Notes: a model not told the origin generated them from the letters alone. Counted from the first letter of the stretch, positions 41,114 through 51,984 are shown. The stretch: 64,000 nucleotides of DNA from Alphaproteobacteria bacterium (GCA_965232515.1 CBDDPY010000002.1:800001-864000); one strand, 5' to 3'. Numbers and translations: made by a program.

Positions 41114-43006
41114 TCACTCCGCGGCTGAAGCCGAGGCGCGGGTCATCCATTTCTGGAACACCGGCGCTTCCGGCGGATCGAGGTGCGTGTCGGCCCGGCA
41201 GCGCGCCTTCAGTTCCTCGACCGTGCCGCCGAAGTCGAACAGCTTGACGTTGCCGCGCTCGCTGCCCATTCGGCGGCGCAAGTCTTCGGTGGCGCGCGCG
41301 TCGACCTGGCCCTTGTTGTCCAGCACCACGCCATAGCGGCGGGCGCCGTCGGCCGTCACCAGGCCGCGGTCGACGTCGAGCGCGACTTGTTCCGCATCGC
41401 GCTGCAGCGGGTCGCCCCATCCACCGCCGCCCCAGGTGTTGAAGTAGAGTGTGTCGCCGGCCTCGACCTTGATGCGGTCGCACTTCGAGACCATCCATTC
41501 CTCGCTGCCGTCAGCGCGGACCATCAGCTTGTGGCTGCGGGCGCCGGGCAGGCCGCCATTGACGCCCCAGGGATGGGTCAGCCAGCGGTCGTCGTGGATC
41601 GAGATCTCGCCGGGCTCGAGGAACTGATAGCCCATGGAAAGGCCGTTGCCGCCGCGATGCAGGCCCGGTCCGCCGCTGTCGGCGATGGTTTCGTACTTGA
41701 CGATACGCAGCGGGAAATAGGCCTCCAGGAACTCGTTCGGCACGTTGGTGAAGGCGGGCCAGAGCGAATGGCCGTCCGGGCCGTCGCCGGCAGGCCGGCC
41801 GGGAATACCGCCGAAGCCGATCTGGTAGAGCTGGTACCACTCGCCGTTCTTGTCGTAGCCCGAATACATGAAGTGCGGGCTGTCGGAGAAACCGGCGGCG
41901 CAGAGCGCGTCCGGCGAGCCCTGGCCCAGCAGACCGCTCATGATGTCGAAGATGCGGCCGAGCAGGTGGGTACGGCAGCTCAAGGCCGCGGGGCGGATCG
42001 GCTTCAGGATGGTGCCGCGCGGGATGCGCACGTCGACCAGGTCGTAGAAGCCGTCGTTGAACAGGATCTGCGGGTCGAACATGTTGATGAAGAAGGCGCC
42101 CAGGAACATCTTGAACATCTCTTCGTTCAACAGGAAGTTCACCGAGCTGATCGACTGCGGATCGGTGCCCTCGAAGTCGAAGATGCAGCGGTCGCCCTCG
42201 CGCCAGAGCGTACAGGCGATCTTGTACGGGCCCATGCCGACGCCGTCGTCGTCGATATAGTCCTCGAAATACTGCTTCTCCTCGGGCACCACCATTTTCA
42301 GGATCGCTCCCATGGCGCGCTTGTTGCGCTCCAGCATCTCGTCGGTGGCGGCGATGTAGGTGTCGACACCGAAACGCTCGCAGATTTCCTTGACCCGGCG
42401 CTCGGCCAGACGCAGCGCGGCGATCACGGCATTGAAGTCGGAGCGGTTCCAGTCCGGCAGCCGGCAGTTGCGCAGGATCAGTTCCAGGATTTCCTGGTTC
42501 AGCTCGCCCTTGCGGTAGATCTTCACCGGCGGGATCTGGATGCCTTCCTCGAACAGCTGCGCCGCATCCGTCGGCAGGCTGCCCGGCACCTTGCCGCCGA
42601 TGTCGGTCATGTGCCCGAACATCGCCGCCCAGGCGACCATGCGGCCGTCGATGTAGATCGGCATCATGGTCAGCCAGTCGTTCAGGTGGCTGATCGCGCC
42701 GTTACAGCTATAGGGATCGTTGGTCAGGAAGATATCGCCTTCCTCGATTTCGCCGTCATAGCCCTGCTGGAAGCCCCAGAAGAACGAGCCGAACTGGCCG
42801 ACGACCATCTTGCCTTCGTTGTTGGCGATCATCGGAAAGGCGTCGTGCTGCTCGCGGATGCCGGGCGACATGGCCGTGCGGAACAGCACCGCGTCCATCT
42901 CGTCGCGGGCGTTGCGCAGCGCGTTCTCGACGATGTCGAGGGTGATCGGATCGAGCTCGACCTTGCTGAACGGGGTCGTGTTGGTCTGAATGATTTTCGC
43001 GGGCAT
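41114..43006 (-). CDS. Hydantoinase B/oxoprolinase subunit
   Basis: NDPY, HLND, HMTDIGG, DSGGPG, GGGGWGDP. Confidence 0.9.
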   Translation of the reverse strand: MPAKIIQTNTTPFSKVELDPITLDIVENALRNARDEMDAVLFRTAMSPGIREQHDAFPMIANNEGKMVVGQFGSFFWGFQQGYDGEIEEGDIFLTNDPYSCNGAISHLNDWLTMMPIYIDGRMVAWAAMFGHMTDIGGKVPGSLPTDAAQLFEEGIQIPPVKIYRKGELNQEILELILRNCRLPDWNRSDFNAVIAALRLAERRVKEICERFGVDTYIAATDEMLERNKRAMGAILKMVVPEEKQYFEDYIDDDGVGMGPYKIACTLWREGDRCIFDFEGTDPQSISSVNFLLNEEMFKMFLGAFFINMFDPQILFNDGFYDLVDVRIPRGTILKPIRPAALSCRTHLLGRIFDIMSGLLGQGSPDALCAAGFSDSPHFMYSGYDKNGEWYQLYQIGFGGIPGRPAGDGPDGHSLWPAFTNVPNEFLEAYFPLRIVKYETIADSGGPGLHRGGNGLSMGYQFLEPGEISIHDDRWLTHPWGVNGGLPGARSHKLMVRADGSEEWMVSKCDRIKVEAGDTLYFNTWGGGGWGDPLQRDAEQVALDVDRGLVTADGARRYGVVLDNKGQVDARATEDLRRRMGSERGNVKLFDFGGTVEELKARCRADTHLDPPEAPVFQKWMTRASASAAE

Positions 43007-43031
43007 TGGTTTGTCTCTCCCCGTCTTGGTC

Positions 43032-45503
43032 TCAATCGGCCGGGCGGATCAGGATGTTGCCGACGGCGTCGACGTCGCCGGCATGGTCCGGCAGGATCAG
43101 CGTCGTCGAGTCCATTTCCGTCACCACGGCGGGTCCGTGAATGCGGTTGCCGGCCTGCAGCTTGGCGCGGTCGTAGATCTTGGCCGGCTGATCGCGGCCG
43201 TCGACGAAGACCGTGGTCTGCTCGTAGACCGCGGCGCTGGCGTCGTTGCCGCCCTGCGGTAGTTGTTCGGCCCTGGCGAAGGTCTCGCGGCCCTGGACCA
43301 GGGCGCGCAGGTTGTAGAGCTCGTGCACGGCGTCGAGCGCGAAGGTGAAAAGCTGCTCGTGCATGGCATCGAACTTGCGCCCGACCGCGGCGAGGCCGTC
43401 GCGGGCGAAGTCGTCCGGCGTGACATCCACGGTCAGCCGCATACCCTGGCCGGCATAGCGCAGGTCGATCTGATAGAGCGCCGACTGTTCGCCACGCGGC
43501 ACCCCCTCGGCATCGAGCGTGCGCGCGGCGCTTTCGGCCAGTTCCTCGAGGATGGCCTGGACCTCACTGTCGCTGGTGTCCGTAAACCGGCGTACGAACG
43601 TGCGGGACGCTTCGTCACGGACACGGGTCGTGGCATCGCCGTAGGCGCAGAGCACGCCCGGGCCCGGCGGGATGATCACCGGCCAGGAATTCATCAGCTT
43701 GCCGAGCGCATTGGCATGCAGCGGGCCGGCGCCGCCGAAGCCGACCAGCGCGAAATCGCGCGGATCGTAACCCTGTTCGACCGAAACCAGCCGCAACGCG
43801 CCGAACATGTTCTCGTTGACGATGTTGATGATGCCCTCGGCCGCCTGCTTCAACGGCAGGCCAAGGGCATCGGCGACCTTGCCAACGGCCTTTTCCGCCA
43901 GGCCGACATCGAGTTCCATGTCGCCGCCAAGGCGCGCCGCCGCCGGCAGGTAGCCCAGCACGACATTGGCGTCCGTCACGGTCGGTTCCTCGCCGCCCTT
44001 GCGATAGGCGGCCGGTCCCGGCTCGGCGCCGGCACTCTGCGGGCCGACGCGCAATGCTTTTGTCAGCTCCGGCACATAGGCGATCGAGCCGCCGCCAGCG
44101 CCAACCGTGCGCACGTCGATCGACGAGGCGCGCACCGTCACATCGGCGACGCGGGTCTCGCGCCGGGTCTGAGCGACCCCATGCTGGATGAGGGCGACGT
44201 CGGTCGAGGTGCCGCCCATGTCGAAGGTCAGCAGATCCTCGAAGCCGGCCTGCTTGGCGATCCAGATGGCGCCGGCGACACCACCGGCCGGGCCGCTCAA
44301 CAGCAGGTTGACGGGCGCCGCCTTGGCCACCTCGGCGGACGCCAGGCCGCCGTCGGAACGCAGGATATTCAGCAGCACGCCATTCATGCGGCGGTCGAGC
44401 TCCGCGTGCAGGTTTTCGAGATACGTCGAGACGACAGGCCGGATGTAGGAGTTCACCACCGTGGTCTCGGCGCGCTCGTACTCGTACATCTCCGGGATCA
44501 CCTCGGACGAGATCGATACCGGCACGTCGGGCATGATGTCCTCGGCGATGGCGCGGATGCGCTGTTCATGCTCGCCGTTGGCATAGGCGTTCATCAGCGA
44601 CACCGTCAGCGCCTCGATACCGCGCCCGCGCAGCCGCGACAGCTCCTGCCGTAGGGCCGCCTCGTCGAGCAGTTCCACGATCTCGCCCTTGGCGCCGGTG
44701 CGCTCGTCGGCTTCGACGGTCAGCTCCAGCGGCGCCAGCGGGTCCGATTTGTTGAAGATCACCCAGCCGCCGAGACCGCCCGGCACGTAGGAGCGGGCGA
44801 TCTGCAGCACCTGTTTATAACCCTTGGTGACGACCAGGCCGACGCGGGCGCCGCTACCTGTCAGCACGGTGTTGGTGGCGACGGTCGTGCCGTGCATGAC
44901 GTGGCTGATCTCGGTCGGCTCAATACCGGCCTGTTGGCAGATGCGCTCGATGCCGTTCAGGACGCCGATGGACGAGTCCTGCGGCGTCGACGGCACCTTG
45001 GCGGTGAATGCATGGCCGCTGCCTTCCTCGATCAGCAACAGGTCGGTGAACGTGCCCCCGACATCGACGCCAAGGCGGTAGCCGCCGCCCGACGGCGCGG
45101 CGCGGCGTGGCGTTTCGACGGGCGCCGGCGGCGGGCTTGGCCGGGCCGCGGGCGCCGGCGTCCGCCGGGTCTCGATGGGGCTGGGCTCAACCGTCCGTGC
45201 TTCCACGGCCGGCGGCTCGACATAACGCTCCGGCGGCGGCGCCTCGCGCCGACGCTGGCTTGGCGACGCCAACGGCTTGACCTGAACGGGTTTCACCTGC
45301 GGCGATTTGATAACCGGCGTCGGCGCGATATTTGGCGACGAGCGCGCCGTGGGCGACGGGCCGGACGCCTGGCTGTCCGTGGATCGCGCCTGCGGCGGGC
45401 TGCCGGAGCCGCGCAGGCCCTCCTGCAGCTTGTCGAACTCGCTCTTCAGGTCCGACAGCTGCGACCGATACCACCCCGTCAGATCGTCCTTGTCCTTCGC
45501 CAT
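43032..45503 (-). CDS. Hydantoinase A/oxoprolinase subunit with about 140-aa N-terminal extension
   Basis: GVDVGGTFTD, HGTTVATN, SGPAGG, DMGGTSTD, GGAGPLH. Confidence 0.9.
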   Translation of the reverse strand: MAKDKDDLTGWYRSQLSDLKSEFDKLQEGLRGSGSPPQARSTDSQASGPSPTARSSPNIAPTPVIKSPQVKPVQVKPLASPSQRRREAPPPERYVEPPAVEARTVEPSPIETRRTPAPAARPSPPPAPVETPRRAAPSGGGYRLGVDVGGTFTDLLLIEEGSGHAFTAKVPSTPQDSSIGVLNGIERICQQAGIEPTEISHVMHGTTVATNTVLTGSGARVGLVVTKGYKQVLQIARSYVPGGLGGWVIFNKSDPLAPLELTVEADERTGAKGEIVELLDEAALRQELSRLRGRGIEALTVSLMNAYANGEHEQRIRAIAEDIMPDVPVSISSEVIPEMYEYERAETTVVNSYIRPVVSTYLENLHAELDRRMNGVLLNILRSDGGLASAEVAKAAPVNLLLSGPAGGVAGAIWIAKQAGFEDLLTFDMGGTSTDVALIQHGVAQTRRETRVADVTVRASSIDVRTVGAGGGSIAYVPELTKALRVGPQSAGAEPGPAAYRKGGEEPTVTDANVVLGYLPAAARLGGDMELDVGLAEKAVGKVADALGLPLKQAAEGIINIVNENMFGALRLVSVEQGYDPRDFALVGFGGAGPLHANALGKLMNSWPVIIPPGPGVLCAYGDATTRVRDEASRTFVRRFTDTSDSEVQAILEELAESAARTLDAEGVPRGEQSALYQIDLRYAGQGMRLTVDVTPDDFARDGLAAVGRKFDAMHEQLFTFALDAVHELYNLRALVQGRETFARAEQLPQGGNDASAAVYEQTTVFVDGRDQPAKIYDRAKLQAGNRIHGPAVVTEMDSTTLILPDHAGDVDAVGNILIRPAD

Positions 45504-45576
45504 TCGCTACCGCCTCCACATTGACAGACCGGCGCCAATTCTTCTCAACGCGGCGCCGGCGCAGTATTGTGCACCA

Positions 45577-45921
45577 ATGACGGCCCTATCGCGCAAGAAA
45601 TCCGACATGGCCGCTGACGGATGGGTCGTCATGACGGTCCGTTTGCCGGACGCCGCGCCGCTCGACCGCCGGCGCTGCGCCGAACGTTCGTTGCTGATCG
45701 GTTCGATCGAGGCCTGGCTGCAGCATCACCATCACGCCGTCGCGCTGCCCAATGCCGGGGATGGTCTGCGTGGCGATACGATCTGCGTCGGCTTCCGCCA
45801 GGATCAGATTGATGCCGCCTTCGCCTACCGGGTGTTCTGCGGCAAGCTCGGCCTGGCGCCCACGCTGAAGCAATTTCGTGTCGAGCCGAACCGGTGCCGG
45901 CGCACCACGCCGCCTGCATAG
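45577..45921 (+). CDS. Hypothetical protein
   Basis: Fills the gap between divergent genes; no recognisable motif. Confidence 0.45.
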   Translation: MTALSRKKSDMAADGWVVMTVRLPDAAPLDRRRCAERSLLIGSIEAWLQHHHHAVALPNAGDGLRGDTICVGFRQDQIDAAFAYRVFCGKLGLAPTLKQFRVEPNRCRRTTPPA

Positions 45922-46159
45922 AACGCACGGCAGGTATGCACGGCCACGCGGCACTTGCCCCGACATCGGCATCGCGTAGGATTAGACGATAAACAAACAA
46001 CCGTAAGGTCGGCGTTTGAGGGAGTGGCGTCGTGACCGTACCGGTATTCCGAGACAATGACAGGCGCGCGGCGGCGCGGCCGTTTCCGTCGTGGAACGGC
46101 GCGAGCGAAGTTCGCGCGCGCCGACCGACCTGCGGCATCGATCGGGAAGGGAAAGCAGC

Positions 46160-47881
46160 ATGCATGATCTGGTAATCCGCAATGCGCAAATTGCCGACGG
46201 CCTCGGCAATCCGCTGGTGACAGGCGATCTCGCGGTCGACGGCGATCGCGTTGTGGCCGTCGGCACCGTGTCGGCGGAGGGGCGTGAGACCATGGATGCC
46301 CAGGGCATGGTGCTGGCGCCCGGCGTGATCGATGTGCATACGCACTACGACGCACAGCTGACCTGGGATGCGACGGCATCGCCATCGCCGGCGCTGGGCG
46401 TGACCACCGTGGTGATCGGCAATTGCGGCTTCGGCATCGCGCCGGCCCGGGCGGATAGCCGGGAGAAGATGCTGGCCGACCTGGCCGAAGTCGAAGGCAT
46501 GCCGCTGGAGTCGTTGCAGGCGGGCGTCAACTGGTCGTTCGAGAGCTTTCCGGAGTATCTCGATGCGCTGCGGCGGCAGGGCACCTTTCCAAACGTCGCG
46601 GCGTTGGCGACGCATTCGACCATCCGCGCGTTCGTCATGGGCGAGGAGTCGACCAAACGGACGGCGACGGCCGAAGAACGCGCCGAAATGATCCGCTTGT
46701 TCCATGAGGCCATGAACGCCGGCGCCGCCGGACTCGGCTCGTCGTCGAACGAAAATCACCGGGCGGCTGGTGGCGCCCCGATCGGTTCGAGGCTTGCCGA
46801 TGCGGACGAGTACCGCGCCTTCGCCGAGGCCATGGCCGAATACGATCACGGCGTCTTCATGATCACCACCGGCAACCACATGGGCATGGAATTCATCGAA
46901 GACTTCGCGCGGCGCAGCGGCCGGCCGGCAATTTATGCGGCGCATTTCTACTACGCGCACGAACCGGACCGGGCCCGTGGCCTGATGCGGGCGGCCGAGG
47001 CGGCGCGCGCGCAGGGCATTCCGGCCTACACGCAGGGCTCCTGCCAGCCGCTCAGCCTCAGTTTCCCGCTGGACGCTGCCTATATCCTGAAGGCCATCCC
47101 GCCCTGGCCGGGCACGTCGGACCATCACGAACTGCGGCAGATCTTCAACGATCCCGAATTCCGGGACGATTTCCGCGCCACGCTCGCGACGCCGGAGCAG
47201 GGACGGATCTTCAATGGCCGCTGGGAATGGGTGTTGGTGACGACCGTCGGCAAGCCGGAGAACGCCGACCTGGAAGGCAGGACCGTGGCCGAGATCGCCG
47301 AAGCCCGTGGCGTCGACCCGCTGGACCTGTTCTTCGACCTGAGCCTGGAAGAGGACTTCAAGACCATCTTCACGATCTACATCCTGAACATGGTCGAGGA
47401 GGGTGTCGAGGAGCTGATCAGCAACGACGGCACGCTGATCAGCCTGTCGGACGCGGGTGCGCACAACTCGCTGCTGTGCGACGCGGCCTATGCCATGCAC
47501 CTGTTCAGCCATTGGGTGCGCGAGAAGGGCGTGTTCGATCTGCCGACGGCGATCCGCAAGGTGACGAGCGATCCGGCCGACGTCTACGGCTTCGTCGATC
47601 GCGGCCGGCTGACGGAAGGCGCCTATGCCGACATGATCCTGTTCGATCCGGACAAGCTGCGGGTCACCGGCATGGAGCGGCATTTCGACCTGCCGGCCGG
47701 CGGCGAGCGCCTGTTACGCCGGGCGCCGGGCCTGCTCGGCACCTGGGTCAACGGCGTGCGCGTGTTCGACGGTGAGAACTACCTGACGCCTCAGCGGCCG
47801 CCCGGCCAGGTGCTGACGCGGTTCTCCGGCCGCAAGCCGCGACTCGCCATGTCCGGCAACGTCGCCAGCGCCGCGGAGTAA
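46160..47881 (+). CDS. N-acyl-D-amino-acid deacylase-like amidohydrolase
   Basis: MHDLVIR start, DVHTHYD, GNC, SDAGAH. Confidence 0.88.
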   Translation: MHDLVIRNAQIADGLGNPLVTGDLAVDGDRVVAVGTVSAEGRETMDAQGMVLAPGVIDVHTHYDAQLTWDATASPSPALGVTTVVIGNCGFGIAPARADSREKMLADLAEVEGMPLESLQAGVNWSFESFPEYLDALRRQGTFPNVAALATHSTIRAFVMGEESTKRTATAEERAEMIRLFHEAMNAGAAGLGSSSNENHRAAGGAPIGSRLADADEYRAFAEAMAEYDHGVFMITTGNHMGMEFIEDFARRSGRPAIYAAHFYYAHEPDRARGLMRAAEAARAQGIPAYTQGSCQPLSLSFPLDAAYILKAIPPWPGTSDHHELRQIFNDPEFRDDFRATLATPEQGRIFNGRWEWVLVTTVGKPENADLEGRTVAEIAEARGVDPLDLFFDLSLEEDFKTIFTIYILNMVEEGVEELISNDGTLISLSDAGAHNSLLCDAAYAMHLFSHWVREKGVFDLPTAIRKVTSDPADVYGFVDRGRLTEGAYADMILFDPDKLRVTGMERHFDLPAGGERLLRRAPGLLGTWVNGVRVFDGENYLTPQRPPGQVLTRFSGRKPRLAMSGNVASAAE

Positions 47882-47886
47882 CGGCG

Positions 47887-48801
47887 CTAGAGAAGGTCGG
47901 CGACCGCCGTGCGGTAGCGCTCGATGGCGGTCAGGTGGTCGTCCAGCGACCGGCCGGATATCCGGGTGTGGTGGTAGCGGCCATAGGCGTTGTTGACGGT
48001 GGCGTGCGTGACGCCGGCGTCCTTCCAGGCCTGGATATCGCGACGCCAGACTTCCGGGTCGCCGCCGCCGTCGCCGGCCGAGACCCAGACCTCGATGCCG
48101 ATCTCGCCCGGATCGCGGCCTTCGGCTTCGGCGTAGCCGCGTAGCTCGGCAAAAGCGGCTTGCGCGGCGTCGCCCGGCGGATGCTCGAGCATCACCCAGC
48201 CGTCGCCCCAATTGGCGATGCGCCGCAAGGTCGCGTCGTGGTGGCCGCCGAACCAGAGCGGAATGCGGCGGTTCAAGGGCAGGGGATTGATGCCGGCATC
48301 GTCGATGCGGTGCCACTTGCCGGTAAAGTCAACGTGCGGTTCGGCCCAGAGCGCCTGCATGACCTGAACCTGTTCTTCCGAGCGCACGCCGCGGTTCGTG
48401 AAGTCCTCGTTCAGCGCCTCGAACTCGACCGGATTCCAGCCGATGCCGACGCCGAGCCGGAACCGTCCGCCGCTTAGCACATCGAGACAGGCCGCCTGCT
48501 TGGCAACCAGCGCCGTCTGCCGCTGGGCCAGAATCAGCACTTGCGTGGAGAAGCCGATGCGCTCGGTGCAGGCGCTCAGGAAGCCGAACAGCACGAAGGG
48601 ATCGTGGAAGCAGTCGGCCGACGTGTTGCGGTCGCCCCAATCCGGCCGGTTCGCGACGTTGGCACCCAGCACGTGGTCGGCCGCCGCCAGATGATCGTAA
48701 CCCAGGGACTCGGCGGCCTGGGCGTAATCCCGTACGACGGCGGGGTCGCCGCCGATATCTGTCACCGGCAGGCCCGCGCCGAGTTGCAGTTTCTCAGCCA
48801 T
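47887..48801 (-). CDS. LLM-class flavin/F420-type oxidoreductase
   Basis: GYDHLAAADHV, LSGGRFRLGVGIGW. Confidence 0.85.
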   Translation of the reverse strand: MAEKLQLGAGLPVTDIGGDPAVVRDYAQAAESLGYDHLAAADHVLGANVANRPDWGDRNTSADCFHDPFVLFGFLSACTERIGFSTQVLILAQRQTALVAKQAACLDVLSGGRFRLGVGIGWNPVEFEALNEDFTNRGVRSEEQVQVMQALWAEPHVDFTGKWHRIDDAGINPLPLNRRIPLWFGGHHDATLRRIANWGDGWVMLEHPPGDAAQAAFAELRGYAEAEGRDPGEIGIEVWVSAGDGGGDPEVWRRDIQAWKDAGVTHATVNNAYGRYHHTRISGRSLDDHLTAIERYRTAVADLL

Positions 48802-48819
48802 GGCGTTAGTTCCTTCTGC

Positions 48820-49569
48820 TCAGGTTTCGGCGCCGCCGTTGCAGGCGATCATCTGGCCGGTGACGAAGCCGCCGCCGACAGAAACCAGATAACCACACAG
48901 ACTGGCAATGTGCTCGGGCTCGCCGAGATGGCCGAGCGGAATGCGGCCGACCTGGCTCTCGATATGTTGGGTCATCGATGCATCGGCGTGCTCGGAACGG
49001 ATCGGGCCCGGCGAGATGGCATTGACGGTAATGCCTTTCGGCCCGAATTCCTTGGCCAGCGCCTTGGTCAGGCCCCAGACGCCGTGCTTGGCGACGGAGA
49101 CCGGCGCGCGGCCGGCATAGCCGTGGATCGCGTTCATCCCGGTCAGGTTGACGATCCGGCCCCAATTGTTGTCGACCATGCCCGGCAGAAAGGCGCGGCA
49201 GGTATAGAAGGCCGCGTTCAGGTCAACGTCGAGCACGTGATGCCAGTCGTCGTCGGACGTCTCCAGAAACGGCTTCGCCGGACGGATCGCGGCATTGTTG
49301 ACAACGATGTCGATGCGGCCGAACCGTTCGAGCGCCTCAGTTGCGATGCGCCCGACGTTAGCCGACGATCCGACATCGCCCATGGCCACCGATGCTTCGA
49401 CGCCATGCTCCTGCGCTTCGGCGGCGACGGCCTCGCAGGCGGCGCGGTCCGACGAGCCGTTGACGACGACATTGCAGCCGCGTTCCGCCAGCTCCAGGGC
49501 GATCGCACGGCCGATGTTGCGGCCCGCGCCGGTGATGAGGGCCGTCTTGCCTTTGGGGTTTCCGTCCAT
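48820..49569 (-). CDS. SDR family oxidoreductase
   Basis: TGAGRNIG, VNNAA; usual YxxxK reads VSVAK. Confidence 0.88.
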   Translation of the reverse strand: MDGNPKGKTALITGAGRNIGRAIALELAERGCNVVVNGSSDRAACEAVAAEAQEHGVEASVAMGDVGSSANVGRIATEALERFGRIDIVVNNAAIRPAKPFLETSDDDWHHVLDVDLNAAFYTCRAFLPGMVDNNWGRIVNLTGMNAIHGYAGRAPVSVAKHGVWGLTKALAKEFGPKGITVNAISPGPIRSEHADASMTQHIESQVGRIPLGHLGEPEHIASLCGYLVSVGGGFVTGQMIACNGGAET

Positions 49570-49689
49570 GCCGCGCCTCCCGTCGATGCTGTTCTGTTTA
49601 AGGATAGCGGCAATGGCGTGGCGCGCCATTGCGGAATGGCGGCCGCACGGCTAGCGTCGTCACCAAACCCACCTTCGCTTGGAATCGAC

Positions 49690-50550
49690 ATGCATTGGAC
49701 CGACCGTCGCGAACGCTTTCGCGCGTTGCTTGCCGGGGATCGCTGCATCCATCCCGGCTCTGTTTACGACCCGATCTCGGCGCGCATCGCCGAGGATCTC
49801 GGCTTCGAGGTCGGCATGTTCGCCGGCTCCGTCGCCTCGATGACGGTACTGGGCGCGCCCGACCTGATCGTCCTGACGCTGAGTGAGTTCGCCGGCCAGG
49901 CCTACCGCATCAACCGCGCCGGCAACCTGCCGTTGCTGGTCGACGCCGATCACGGCTACGGCAACGCGCTGAACGTCAAGCGTACGGTCGAGGAGCTGGA
50001 GACGGCGGGCGTCGCGGCCCTGACGATCGAGGATACGGACCTGCCGCAACCGTTTGGCACGGTCGGTAAGACCCGGTTGCTGTCGATCGAGGAAGGCATC
50101 GGCAAGATGAAAGCGGCGCGCGCCGGACGTCAGGACCCTGGTCTGGTCATAGCAGGCCGGACCAGCGCCATGGCCGTCAGCGGTGTTGACGATGCCGTCG
50201 CGCGTGTCCGCGCCTATGAAGCCGCGGGCGTCGACGCCGTGTTCCTGGTCGGCGTGAAGACGAGGGACCAGCTGGAAGCCGTGTCGGCCGCGGTGAAGGT
50301 TCCCGTGCTGCTGGGCAATGCCGGTCCGGAGATCGCCGATCTCGACTATCTTGGGCAGCAGGGCGTGCGCATCTGCCTGCAAGGCCATGCGCCATTCATG
50401 GCCGCCGTGCAGGCGGTGCACGAGACGTTGAAGGCGCTTCGTGACGGTACGGCGCCGGCCGATTTGAAAGGCGTTGCGGCGCCTGAACTGATGCGACAGG
50501 TCACGCGCGACGCGGACTACAAACGCTGGAGTGAGGAGTTTCTGCAATGA
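49690..50550 (+). CDS. ICL/PEP mutase family enzyme (oxaloacetate decarboxylase-like)
   Basis: DPISAR, VDADHGYGN, IEDT, AGRT. Confidence 0.85.
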   Translation: MHWTDRRERFRALLAGDRCIHPGSVYDPISARIAEDLGFEVGMFAGSVASMTVLGAPDLIVLTLSEFAGQAYRINRAGNLPLLVDADHGYGNALNVKRTVEELETAGVAALTIEDTDLPQPFGTVGKTRLLSIEEGIGKMKAARAGRQDPGLVIAGRTSAMAVSGVDDAVARVRAYEAAGVDAVFLVGVKTRDQLEAVSAAVKVPVLLGNAGPEIADLDYLGQQGVRICLQGHAPFMAAVQAVHETLKALRDGTAPADLKGVAAPELMRQVTRDADYKRWSEEFLQ

Positions 50551-51521
50551 GCGCGGTCGAAAAACGACATGGGGTGGCAGTGATCGGGCTCGGTATCATG
50601 GGCCGTCGCATGATCACGAACATGGCCAATCATGACCGTTTCCGTTTCGCCGGCGCCTGGGACCCCGCCGCCCAGGCAAGCGAGCAGGCAGTCGCTATCG
50701 TGCCGGATTTGCGGATCGCCGGAAGCGCGGAAGAACTGATCCGCGACAACGCAACGGATGTGGTTTACATCGCCTGTCCGCCGGCCTGGCATCGCGAACA
50801 TGCGGAAACCGCGATCGCTGCCGGCAAGGCGGTCTATTGCGAGAAGCCGCTGGGCGTCGACGTCGCGGATAGCGCCGAGCTGGTTGTGCGCATGACCGAG
50901 ACGGCGACGCCCAATATCGTGAACTTCGCGCAGGCGAGCTCGCGGGCCGTCGCGCTGACCGAGGAGCGGATCAAAGCCGGCGCGCTCGGCGAGATCGCCG
51001 GCGCCGACATCATCGTGCATTTCTCGCGCTGGCCGCGGGACTGGCAGGCCGATGCCGACTGGCTGCGCTTTCGGGAGCAGGGCGGGTATACCCGCGAGGT
51101 CCTGTCGCATTTCCTGTATCTGACCGAACGGCTGCTTGGACCGGCCGAGCTCATCGGTTCGATGCCCGTTTATCAGGCCGATCCGGCCCTTTGCGAGACG
51201 CATGTTCTTGCCGTGCTGGACGCGAACGGCGTTCCCGTCACAGTGCACGGCTCGAGCGGCGGCAGCGGGCCGGACCGGGTCGAGATGACGGTCTGGGGCA
51301 GCACCCGAAGCCACCGCCTGCACGACTGGTTCGAGCTGCAGTCGAGCGACGGCGGCGAATGGCAACAAGAGCTGACCGAGTTCGGCGACCTGCGCGTCGA
51401 CGGCTTCAAGCGTCAGTTGGACAACGTGGCGGCCTGGCTCGACGGCGAACCGCACGGCATGCCGTCGGCGCACGATGCGCTGTCGGTGCAAAAGCTGATC
51501 GAGGCCATGCTGGCCGATTGA
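50547..51521 (+). CDS. Gfo/Idh/MocA oxidoreductase
   Basis: GLGIMG, CEKPL. Confidence 0.88.
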   Translation: MSAVEKRHGVAVIGLGIMGRRMITNMANHDRFRFAGAWDPAAQASEQAVAIVPDLRIAGSAEELIRDNATDVVYIACPPAWHREHAETAIAAGKAVYCEKPLGVDVADSAELVVRMTETATPNIVNFAQASSRAVALTEERIKAGALGEIAGADIIVHFSRWPRDWQADADWLRFREQGGYTREVLSHFLYLTERLLGPAELIGSMPVYQADPALCETHVLAVLDANGVPVTVHGSSGGSGPDRVEMTVWGSTRSHRLHDWFELQSSDGGEWQQELTEFGDLRVDGFKRQLDNVAAWLDGEPHGMPSAHDALSVQKLIEAMLAD

Positions 51522-51980
51522 TCAACGTCCGGCGCGGCGCCGGATCGACCGGATCGTTTCTTCCAGCGCGGTCAGGAACCGCGATCGGTCCTGCTTCGAG
51601 AAGGCCGGTCCGCCGCCGGTCACCTCGCCGGTGTCGCGTAAGTGCGCCATCAGATCCCGCATGGCCAGCGCCATGCCGATGCTCTGCTCGGTGAACGGTT
51701 TGCCGGTCGGACCGATCACGCTGGCGCCGGCATCGAGGCAGCGGGCGGCGAGGGGAATGTCGGCGGTGATCGCGATATCGCCGTCGCCGATGCGCTCGGC
51801 GATCCAGTCGTCGGCCGCGTCGAGGCCGTCCCCGACGACGACGCGGTTCACCCGCGGATTGTCGTCGAGACGCAGCCATTGATTGCTGACCATGTGCACG
51901 GGCAGGCCATGCCGGTCGGCCACGCGCATGACCTCGCTCTTCACCGGACAGGCATCTGCGTCGACATAGATCTCGAGCAT
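51522..51980 (-). CDS. YaiI/YqxD family protein
   Basis: VDADACPVK, DAADD, TADIPLA. Confidence 0.9.
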   Translation of the reverse strand: MLEIYVDADACPVKSEVMRVADRHGLPVHMVSNQWLRLDDNPRVNRVVVGDGLDAADDWIAERIGDGDIAITADIPLAARCLDAGASVIGPTGKPFTEQSIGMALAMRDLMAHLRDTGEVTGGGPAFSKQDRSRFLTALEETIRSIRRRAGR

Positions 51981-51984
51981 CCGC

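Noticed and set aside
48541-49689. Apparent fusions or long N-terminal extensions in the ORF track (48541, also 57100-59166, 60089-62272, 23349, 25551)
   Set aside because: True starts lie downstream; the extensions overlap other genes.
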